DNA of 64,000 nucleotides, from contig NIVC01002873.1 in assembly GCA_002269645.1 (NCBI GenBank), positions 1 to 64,000 on the forward strand, read 5' to 3'. The notes beneath the pieces are model-generated. The model saw nothing but the letters and a program-made list of their open reading frames with translations, was not told the origin of the DNA and did not search any database. The position numbers and the translations under genes were made by a program. Position 1 is the first letter of the stretch, and each line of letters opens with the position of its first letter. Of the stretch, positions 17,418 to 27,900 are shown piece after piece. The DNA is from Macrostomum lignano (taxonomy: Eukaryota).

Positions 17418-20400
17418 TCACTCTTCTTTCTGGTCTTCAGCATCACCCTCGACCTCGTCGCCCTCTTCTTCCGGGTAGGAGAGAAGGCTGTATGCTTTGT
17501 AGCACAACACTAACGATATAACGTTCAGAATTAGCATGAACAAAAATACCAGCCAGGACACGAACTGCAGAGACCCGCCAATCAGCGGTCCGACTAGAAT
17601 CGCTACTGCGATGACTGTCCTGTAGACGCCCTGGGCCATGTCCATCTCCACCACAGGCAGACTTTTGCTGTAAATGCTCTCCGGAATGGCGAACGTGGCC
17701 GGCATGCCGATGACATGGAGCACGATGCCCGTCAACACCAGTGTGATGTAGAGCGTCGGCTTGTTGCGGTCCACAAACATGAGGGCCATGCAGTTCCAAA
17801 AGTAGGCACCAATGAGCAGACCAATACTGCACATGAGCAAGAAGCGGTCCTCGAATCTTCCCAACAAGAAGCGCAGGACAACAAATACAAGAATCACAAG
17901 GACACCAGCGCCCAAGTACACCAGACTTGTGTACAGTTCGTCCCAAGCAAAATAGCGGTTGGCAAGCGGAGGCAAGACAGCCTCCAGTGCCATTAGATTA
18001 AAGTAGCTAGAGAATGTAATAAAGATCATAGCGAAAGTGTCCAATTTGAAGTACATGCGCAGGTTTTCGATGCTACACAACTGCTGAACTCGATCGGACA
18101 CTCCCTGGTCTGTAGTCGGAGGCGGTGGCGGCGGTGCTGGTGACGCCTGTTCGGTGACCACAGACGGCCTCTGAGTGGGCTGGGCCGTTGTGTCTGACGA
18201 TTCACGTGCCACACCGCGGCGAAATCGGCTCTGGCTCACATTCGGGTAGGCGGCAATGATGGCGATTGTGTGAATCGCCCACAACAGGGCCATTACTAGT
18301 CCCGGGGAGTTGTAAACATCGATGACGAACTGCCGGACTTTGTACCGAATCGGGTGCATCAGTAGCGTCAGAGCTGGACCTGATCAGGTGTTTATGCGAT
18401 GGGGTGGTTAAAATAGAAAGTACATTCTTCAGCCACATCCAGCGCTGAGGTCATTCCGCCCATTTCACTGACTCACAAGACTCGTGAGCGCATACATGTA
18501 CGAGTGCACGGATACTGTACGCTAGCACCCACGTGACCATGACTTTCTAATCATAAGACATGTACACCCTCTGTGCGTTGGGGGTTGGCTGCTGAGTACT
18601 TTGTGGGCTGCTGTGTGTAAATTCAGACTTTTACTGCAGTAGTCTGCCATTTTTTTCGATTACTGATATTAAAATAATGACTTCAGAGGCTGGGCTGAAT
18701 AAAGTTTCTGACAAGGACGACTTAAGTAGAAGGACGGGAAACCTCGTTTCTTAGAAAAGTTTTAAAGGCACTTTTTCCCGAAAAAATACACTACGGAGAT
18801 AGGAAGTTTTCATTTTTTCAGCACAAAAATTGTTATTGCGTTTGATAGGAGGCAGATCCAGTGTTCATCTCTTGATATGTTGTGCCTTTTTTATTGCTCT
18901 ATCGATATTTATAAAGCTTTTCGTTCAGGAAATTAGGATTCTATGTTAATTTTTTATTCTTCGTATATTTTCGCGTGTCTTGTGCTTGAAATACATTAGA
19001 ATGCCACGGCTCGGCTCTTTGGTTTTATGAGTCTATTTTATCATTCTTACCCGACTGTGTAGCAAATATTTGTAACAGAGATGATAAAATAGGTTCATAA
19101 AACCAAATATTGGAGCTGTGTCATGCATTTTTGTGATTTTTAGATACAGGAAACATACGTAGAATAAAAAATTAACATAGAATCCTAGTTTTCTGAACGA
19201 AAAGCTTTATAAATATCGATAGAGCAATAAAAATGGCACAACATATCAAGAGATGAACACTGAATCTGCCTCCTATCAAACGCAATAACAATTTTTGTGC
19301 TGAAAAATGAAAACTTCCTATCTCCGTAGTGTATTTTTTCGGGAAAAAGTGCCTTCAAAACTTTTCTAAGAAACGAGGTTTCCCGTCCTTCTACTTAAGT
19401 CGTCCTTGGTTTCTGATTGATTCTTGAGTACAAGACTTATAAAGGCATTTTTAGTAGCTACCAACAGTCGAAAGGTTATTTAATAGCCATAGCAAGCAGC
19501 AAAAATATCAATAGCAGTATTTCAATACTGCAGTAATTGTTCTTGATATAATTCTAGGGCTATCGTAGGGGTTGTAAAGTATTTTGTTTGCTCTTGCTTT
19601 GCCCTAAGCGCGGTGAGAGCTGTGCAGTTCAATTGTGAGAATGGCATATATCCCTACGGTTGCAATCCCTGAGTTCGGACGCACTTGCTCAGCATTAGTA
19701 TTTCTCAAACGCATTTACGCCCCCCGCCATCGATCTGCGGACCCGCCTGGCAACTCCTGTAAGGGTTTGCCTGAAAAATGTCTCGAGAAATCCACATGCG
19801 GGTTAGCGAGCAGCGTGCTTAGCAGGACAGCGTTTCCTGTATGATCTTCGTGGATGAGTGGGATTCGTATGCATTGACAGAGGAGATCAGTGAGAAGACA
19901 CTGGGTCGAGCAGACTGAATGCAGAGTAAACACGTAAATGCATGGGCTTTCTCTGTCGAACCAGGACGCGACTATGGGAAAAACTTGTTGCACAATGATC
20001 AGTAAGGCACGGCTTCAAGCAAGAAAAGGCTTCAAGCTCATGGGTATTCGTCACAATCCGTTTGTTTCGACCAGTTATCGCACCATTTGATGGCGTTAGT
20101 ATTAATAAAACTTACTTTCATGGTAAAAAATCATAAAATATTCGATGCCTAGAAACTATATTTTGACTCCTTACCTGCAATAAGCCCAAATTGCCTGGAC
20201 ACCAGCAGGTACACCATGACGGTAGTACGTTCCTTCTTCGACGTTACGCGAACAACGTCGGCGTAGAGCGGCGGCTCAGCCCCAGCCCCCGCTCCGGCCA
20301 CAAATCGGCCGAGAAACACCAGCCAGGGATAGGGCGCAACAAAGTAGATGAGGTTGCCAGCAATCTCCAGCTGGTTAGCTATGATTAGCAGCAGTTTGAC

Positions 20401-20799
20401 CCGGATGTAGCCCTGCTGAGCAATCCAACCGTACATGGGAGTGCAGAACAGTGACGATATGTTGAATGCTGCCAAGGTAGCGCCGTAGAACTGCACGGCA
20501 GCCGACATGTCGAACTTGGTGTAAAAGTACAACCAGAGTGTGGGCAAAATGATGGCCCGCTCCACGCCGCTCAGGAGGCCCCAGACAGCGCCGATGGCGA
20601 TGACGCGAGTCCTAGCTGAGCTGTCGAGTTGGAGCTTTGTTCGGCAAGCGTCGAGGCACCCGGGACTGCAGCAGGCGCAGCAGGCGCAGCAAGCGCAGCA
20701 GACAGCGGGCTCTTTATCGGTCACCAAAGGCCGGCTCTCTCCTCTGCGCTCGTCCACTGGATCCGATGGTGAAGATGCTGTTTCTTCCGGTGTAGCCAT
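17418..20799 (-). CDS. Major facilitator superfamily transporter, MFSD8/CLN7-like, 528 aa, 2 exons
   Basis: Exon 1 20799-20175 (phase-1 donor G|gtaag) joins exon 2 18379-17418 in frame. Multiple TM helices. Motifs such as AIILPTLWLY, NQLEIAGNLIY and LVFLGRFVAGAGAG are typical of the MFSD8 group. Confidence 0.88.
18712..19408. mobile_element. Non-autonomous foldback DNA transposon (hAT/P-like ends) with 8-bp TSD in the MFS intron
   Basis: Termini are CAAGGACGAC...GTCGTCCTTG. Direct repeat gtttctga flanks it at 18704-18711 and 19409-19416. The arms are complementary almost to the centre. Confidence 0.9.
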
Positions 20800-21753
20800 G
20801 ATTCCCTCGACGACTAGCCGTGCAGGTGGATTCTATGATTGCGGATAGAATATAATATAGAGCGGACTGGCACTGCATGTGTAGGAAATTAGGAACGAGC
20901 TGAAAAGACGCGTTCCTTTCGGGAGTACAAAAGTTGCCTGCCGAATGTTTTCCGTTGAAGATCGCCCTTGTTTGCATTTCATCCACATTAACTTACATGT
21001 ACTCGTATTTACGAGCGTTAAAGTTTAATAAAAATTACATACCCGGGAATTACATAGTAATGCGCTCTCCACTCAATATTACCTTACTTAGACACCTAAT
21101 ACACGGATTTAAATCTTTAAATCACATTTATTTCTTTTAATTGGTCCTATTGATCACGTGATCCCAAGCCAAGAAATCCTCTCAAACCCGTTGCTTGTAA
21201 AAATGAGAAATTAAAAGATTAAATTTGAAGACCTCGTATAAAGAACCTCTGATCCTCTGATTTGAACTTACATACTCGTAAATACATATAATGTGGGTGA
21301 AATGCAAATGTGGGCAATCTTCGGAGGGAAAATTTAATAGACCGGTTCCTTCCTACTGAAACGCAAGTACACAGAGTTATTACCTCTTGATAGCTTTCAA
21401 ACTAGTCGGATTGTCGTCTCTTCAGCCTTGGCCCCGTCGTGGGTGTCTCTCATAAAAGCTTGGTCTGATCGAGAGACAACTCAAAATGCTTTTTATTTCG
21501 CAACTGTTGCAGGGTCAGTCAGTGGAATCAACCAATCGCAGAAATTTTTCTCTCCCCCACTTACTTGAATTGCATTTAACTCGCGCTGCCTTGCCCCAGG
21601 GTTCTTTTTTCCAAGATTTTGTTCGACTTTTCTCCAAGCTTTAGTGCTCAACGTCCACATTGAGTATTTGGGTACCGCATACTACTTTCTTCTATTCGAC
21701 AAAATACAAAAGAAAGGCTATTGGGAGCTTTGTAGTAACACATTGATTCATGA

Positions 21754-22039
21754 GGGAGCACGAGAAATGCCCGCCGAAATTTGCCCGCGGGAGATTTGCC
21801 CGTCGAGCTTTTCCCGCCGAGATTTGCCCGCAATGCTTTTTTCATGCAGCGCATTTGGAAGCTTAGATTCTGTCTGCATTGCCTCCCCCCAAAAATATGA
21901 ATTTGATATGCACGTTTTGATCGTGTAAAATCTCTTTATTTAGACTTACTAAGCATTAGCAGAAAAAAAGCATTGCGGGCAAACCTCGGCGGGAAAAAAC
22001 TCAGCGGGCAATTCGTCTGCGGGCAATTCTCATGGACCC
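21754..22039. mobile_element. Mutator-like MITE with 9-bp TSD
   Basis: gattcatga flanks both ends (21745-21753 and 22040-22048). The ~90-bp imperfect TIRs start GGG and contain ttgcccgc subrepeats. Confidence 0.8.
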
Positions 22040-22229
22040 GATTCATGATGCCAATGTCAAATTCATGCTCGTGTTACACAATAAGTCGTTGACTCGTTAT
22101 AAATCTTTAAGTTCTGTAAATGCCAGGTTTTACAAGGAAATTTAATTATTTGCTACATTTCTGCTACAATCTGAGCAGAATAGAGAATATCCAGCCATTC
22201 TTACCTCATTTTGTTTGCTGTAGGGATTT

Positions 22230-22506
22230 GCTGTCTAGTGGTTAGAGCGTCAGACCAACGTCTGAAAGGTCGGGGGTTCGATTCTCGACCCACTAGAAAC
22301 AATTTGTGTCCTTGAGCAAGACACTTAACTCTGCATTGCTTCAGTTCACCCAGCTGTAAAATGGGTGCCAGCATTAGCTGGGGTAATTGAGGGTGTGTGG
22401 TGATCCCCCAGCCCTTGGACTGAACAGCCGTACGCAGCCTTCAGATGCGCCGAGCAATAGCTGCGGCTGAGCTGTCGGTTGCACATCTGCCCATTAGGGC
22501 AGGTGA
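22230..22506 (+). mobile_element. tRNA-derived CORE-type SINE, copy 1
   Basis: A-box-like tagtggttagag and B-box ggttcgattc, then the CORE-like ccttgagcaagacacttaac...ctgtaaaatggg. Near-identical body at 32346 and 54170. Confidence 0.85.
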
Positions 22507-22671
22507 CGTAATATTAAAATAGGATATGGTCGCAGAATTTTCCTGAGACATGGGCTAAGCATATCCTCTTATTATAATTATACATTTTTGCTGTGACAGG
22601 ATACAGCCAGCGAGGATTATGCGTGACGAAAAATTATAATTGACATCGGCGTGGGGATTTTGATTTAGCTA

Positions 22672-22790
22672 GTTATTACAGACTTATTACAGACTTAAAC
22701 AGACGTATTACAGAATTATTACAGAGTTATTACAGATTTATTACAGACTTATTACAGACTTATTACAGACTTATTACAGACTTATTACAG
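22672..22790. repeat. 12-bp minisatellite ttattacagact
   Basis: About 9 degenerate tandem copies. Confidence 0.85.
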
Positions 22791-23029
22791 GCAGACATCG
22801 TAATCTTGATGAAATGAAGGTTCACAAACAGTTCATCTTAAGCATTCAGGCGTCCCCGATATGTGTACGGCAAAGGATGCGCTGGTCTCGCCCCATGCTG
22901 GCTATATAGGCTTCGTCAACGTCAACAAGCGCATGATAGGAAACTTTGGCTCCCAGTTCCGACTCACTGGTGATGTCTGAGAAACCACATGCAGAAGTCA
23001 CTACGAACTGGTTGCAAGGATACTGAAGT

Positions 23030-23720
23030 GGATGAAGGACGGGAAAGTACGTTTCTTGGAAAGTTTTAGGAGGCAGGTTTCAACGAAAAAAATACGAATA
23101 CATTACACATGTACGTAGAACTAAGGAGGTTTTTTATTTTTGGCTCAAAATTTGTAATTAATTTCGATAGCAAGCAGATCCGATGTTGTGTTCATATTTT
23201 GATATGACTGCCTTTCTTAAGTTACTGCTCTATATTCAGGGGCGTCGCCATGGATTTTTTGGTGGGGGGGAGCCAAGAATTCTACATATATCATGTACAT
23301 GACTAAATTCCTACTACATGTACATTAGTTTCAGAATCGGTGTAGTCAGCACTCATTTTAACGCTACAGGCTAGGCACTCATTTTGGCGCCGCAAGCACT
23401 TATTTTGGCGCCGCAGGCACTCATTTTGGTGCCGCAAGCACTTATTTTGGCGCCGCAGGCATTCATTTTGGCGCCGCAAGCACTTATTTTGGCGCCGCAG
23501 GCATTCATTTTGGCGCCGCAAGCACTTTTTTAGCGCCGTAGGCACTATGTTTGTCGCCCTGCAGCAAAATTATTGATTTCCATAACGGGTCACAAGGTGG
23601 GGTGGGGGGACATGTCCAGTCCCCTTGTCCCCCCCCCGTTGGCGACGCCCTGTCTATTGATAGTCGTAGAGCTTTTTTGTTCTTAAAATTAGGATTCTGT
23701 GCTAATTTTATATCCTACAT
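23030..23720. mobile_element. Diverged arm of the 18712-19408 foldback family, interrupted by a MITE
   Basis: gaaggacgggaaa..cgtttctt.gaaagtttta and aaattaggattct.tg.taatttt align with the left arm of the intact element on either side of the 23237-23652 insert. Confidence 0.65.
23237..23652. mobile_element. MITE with CAGGGGCGTCGCCA TIRs and an internal 21-bp minisatellite
   Basis: TIRs caggggcgtcgcca / tggcgacgccctg. Internal array of ttttggcgccgca(g/a)gcact at ~23378-23545. Same family as 1-441. Confidence 0.8.
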
Positions 23721-24999
23721 GTACATACTGTATACGTAAATTATACATGTACGCGCTCAGCTGGACTCAGTATTCGTTTATGTCTATGAATTTTTATTAT
23801 CATTCTTGGCGTCCTGCCGTCCTCTGGAGCTCTTGTTGAAAAACAGGAATTTTGCTGAACGTTAGGCAATCACGATGATCTGCCTAAAATCGAGAGTTCA
23901 GACTGCATGGGCACACAAGGGCCACTGTATTTGTGAGCACATCGGCGTTGACATGATCTCGGCCAGCGGGGTGCTCTCCACACTGAGAAATCACACTAGC
24001 TGCAAGCTGGTCCTACCAGCGAGGTCTGCGACTGCAGACACTTTTAAGTTGTCGACGTCAATAGTTGCTAACCACTTGAGCCAGCATGCCTACTTTGGCT
24101 CCCCGGGAGTGGCGTATTGGCTAGTAACTGCCTAAATGTTATGTTATACCTACATGTGTCTAGATAATTCAAGTTGATACATGTATGTATGTATACCAAC
24201 GTTTAAGAATATGTGCTGTCCCATATTCAGGATTTCATGTAGTATTTGCAACAAGTTTATAATCAGTATGGCAAGTAAATTTACACAAGTATACTCAAAA
24301 GAATATTTAATTTGTTATTAATTGACACGTCAATTACCTTGGTACATAGTTGATGTTTGTTTCGCAGTTGTGTCTTTTCCTAGAAGTGGAAAATTCGAGA
24401 AACATAGAAGTGTGTTTGCTACAGTTTGGACTTTCCTAGGTCAAAAAAGATGTAACTTAGTTGCGGCAGATGTGGGATGTTGGTATGGTCAGCGCTGAAG
24501 TGTAAAGCTAAAAATTTATTTTTTTATCGTGCTGGTTTTCTGCAAAAAATTAAAAATTCACCGCTTTTTAAAAAAAAAACAATTCAAAATATAACTCACT
24601 TTAATTTTCCTGTCTAATATGGCTTTAATGTTTCGCAAACATTTGTTAAAAATGAAACCTAATTGAAAAGAAACCTTGAAACCTCGGCGGCAGAAACAGA
24701 AATTTTTTTAACTCCAAAAACTCAGCAGTGTTACAAACGCCATTGAGTATTTTACCTTTACCTTAAAATCCTATTTCAACAAATCAGTTCAGTCAAAATT
24801 CCTTTCTCTAGAAAATTGTCATTAACTTTCTCTTTTTGTCTTGACTTAATGGCACGATCCGTCGAATTATTGACACTTCTTAGATTCTAGTACGAAACAT
24901 TGACATATCGTCATAGATTTAGGCTCTAGGCCTACTTTTACTATTGCGAATTCTTAGATTCTTTGCTCCAGTAAGCCGTATCTTTGCATACTGTTTAGA

Positions 25000-27900
25000 A
25001 TGACAGCCATCGAAAGCAATTATAGTATTTCCACTGGGAACAAATATGGCTTCTTAATTGATCATGACGAAGACCCTGAGGTACTACTCAGCAAAATCGA
25101 AAAACAGGCACAGAAGGTAGAAAAGACAAAGCAAAAGACAAAAAAGGACAAAAATGAGAAGAATGCAACCAATTCTAAGACAGAAAAAAAAGTAGAACAG
25201 AAGCCAGAGTCAGCTCCAGCTGATGGGAATCGGCAGCAAAGAAGGCATAAGAAAGATCAACATGAAGGTATGTTTATTAGTCAGCTAAGTTAAATATTTA
25301 ATGTTTTATACATTAATAAACTTAGCCAATTTGGAGACATTGAGACTTTATTTTAAACTAGTATAGCAATAGACCAATGTACTATGAGTATTTTTAGCAA
25401 TTATCAAAAATATATTGTTGGACCTTTTTAATTATAGTAGAAATATTACACCTACTAAGTCTATTTGTCAACCAATATTAAGAAGCCAATAAATGTATTA
25501 TCAAGTATTTCTATTTGATAGACAATAGTAGTTGATTTCTAGCAACAAATAAATTATAGATTATTGACAATATCATTATGCATTTAGATTTAGATGACTT
25601 TAGGTTTAAGCTTACTTAAACAATTCTATCTAGTTTTTATGGCATTATTTTGTCTTATAAAACTACATTTTGCATCAATTTTATGAAATAAACCTTTACT
25701 ATTGATAATAACTTTCTTTTTAAAGTTATAGGCCTAACACAATATATTGAAATATAGGGCTTAGCCTATGATTAAAAAAGGCAAACCAAAATCGCAACAA
25801 ATCAGTGCAAATAGCCAAATACCATAGTTTGGATCATGCTAGGTGCATGCCTGAATAAAATTTGAATAATTGAAAATGCATGTCAAAAAATAGTGCATGC
25901 CCATTTTGAAAAATATACCAATGTTGCGACAATAAATGACCTTTTTTAAATTGCATAATATACCCCTATTAGTACATTATTTGGTTGATTTTTATGCTTT
26001 TTGGCGATTCTATTTATGGTGTGAAATTGATACATGCAAATGTTTGTTTAAATCTATTATAAATCTGTATATTTGTGTGAGTTTATAGCTTGAAAAAACT
26101 AGAAACCTTGAAATTTATGCTTAAAAATAAACTTTTTTTTTCATTTTTTCTACCAGGTGTGCACATATACTATTTTCTTAAGAGTGATGCATGCCAATTG
26201 TGCATACCTAATTTTGGTATACAAGGCCAATGCACAACCAAATTTTTGGGCATATGCACTACATAATCCAGAGTGTGATACAAATATAACAAAGCCATAT
26301 AATAAAATATAGTTATGATAAAACAATGATAAAACAACATTTACAAATCAACAAAATTTCTTAGACTTAGTAGTATTAATCCTAAAAGTTCTATGTTTAA
26401 ATTAGAATGTATATTAAAGTTTAGATATTTAGATAAAAAAGTATTTCAATTAGTTTTGTGGCTTATTCAACTTCAAGACAATAACAAATTTAATCGTAGC
26501 AATAGCCAATAAGCTGATTATAAAAAGTATTAAAATATTTTTAATTATCAAAAAGTAGGCCTATCAATTTTACAACTTACTTATGATCTCAGTTACTATT
26601 ATGCAATTTTTTGTCTATGGTTAAACCAAATATAAATTTGTTTTTAGCCAAATCAAGTTCAAATGTATATAGTATACATTAGTCTGGAAACTTTTACAAT
26701 ATCCTTTTATATATGTTAGCTAATTATAAAAATTATTTTTTGCTAATTTTTTAGTGTTTTGTCATTATAGGAGTTCCTTATTTGTTTTACCAAATATAGT
26801 CATAGACATTGCTTAATTGTAAATCACTATATTTAAAAATAAATAATATAAAAAGCATTAATTATGTAACATAAAGACAATTAAAAATGTAATTTAAAAT
26901 AATATTGTTTATATTTATATTTATAAATATAAACAATATATTTATGTTTATGTTTATGTTTATGTTATATTTATGTTTATATATACAATTTGTATCCTTA
27001 AGCAAGACACTTAACTCTGAATTGCTTCAGTTCACCTAGCATTTATAGGATGGCAATTGGTGCACCTAGCAAGAATGTTTTGTATTATAGACTTTATGTA
27101 GCACCATATGTGCGCAACCTTGGGAATCACCCGGCCGTTTCTATTGGCAACACACACACATGTAAGTCGCTATTGGCTGAGAGCAGTCACGTGACTACTA
27201 TTCTGTCCAATAGCGACATACATGTGTGGGTTGCGCCCAAGCATGTGTAGCACTAATTAGTTGACGAGGCACTTACAGATATAATTGCTCCAACTGTTTA
27301 CCCAACTGCTTATGCCGCTGCTCTATCCTATCTACCAGGTGGAAAACCGCGGTCTGCCGAAGGCCAAGCTGAACAGGGCGCCGCGCCGCAGTCTGCCAGC
27401 GGCAGCTTTCACGGCCGCGGTGGCCGCAGTGGCTTTGGTCGCGGTGGCCGACAGCCGCAGGGCAACCGGCCAGAGGATGCCGCCGCTGGCGCTGCGGATA
27501 GCGGCGGCTTATCTGCTGACGCTGCCGGACCAGCTGATGGTGTGCAGCAGCAGCGGGGCGGCTTCGGCGGCCGGGGCGGCAACCGCGGCGGTGGCTTTGG
27601 TGGCGAATATGGCGGAGGCCGCGGCCGCGGTGTGCGCGTCTTTGGCCGAGGCGGCGGCGGCGAACGGGGACGCCGCGGCGGCTTCGGCCAGCGGCCGGGC
27701 GGCGAGGAGGGCGAGAGTGAGAGCGCAGAGCCGGCAGCCGATGAAACCAGCGCCGGCGGCCGCGGCGGATTTGGCGGAGGAGGCCGCGGTCGCGGATTCG
27801 GCGGCGAAGGCGGCAGCGGTGGCAGGGGCCGCGGATTCGGCGGCGAAGGCGGCAGCGGTGGCAGGGGCCGCGGATTCGGCGGCGAAGGCGGCAGCGGTGG

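Noticed and set aside
19635-19993. Short ORFs inside the MFS intron
   Set aside because: No recognisable domain and no compatible splice sites.
22230-22300. tRNA gene
   Set aside because: A and B boxes are present, but no complete cloverleaf is evident and the sequence continues into a repeated SINE body.
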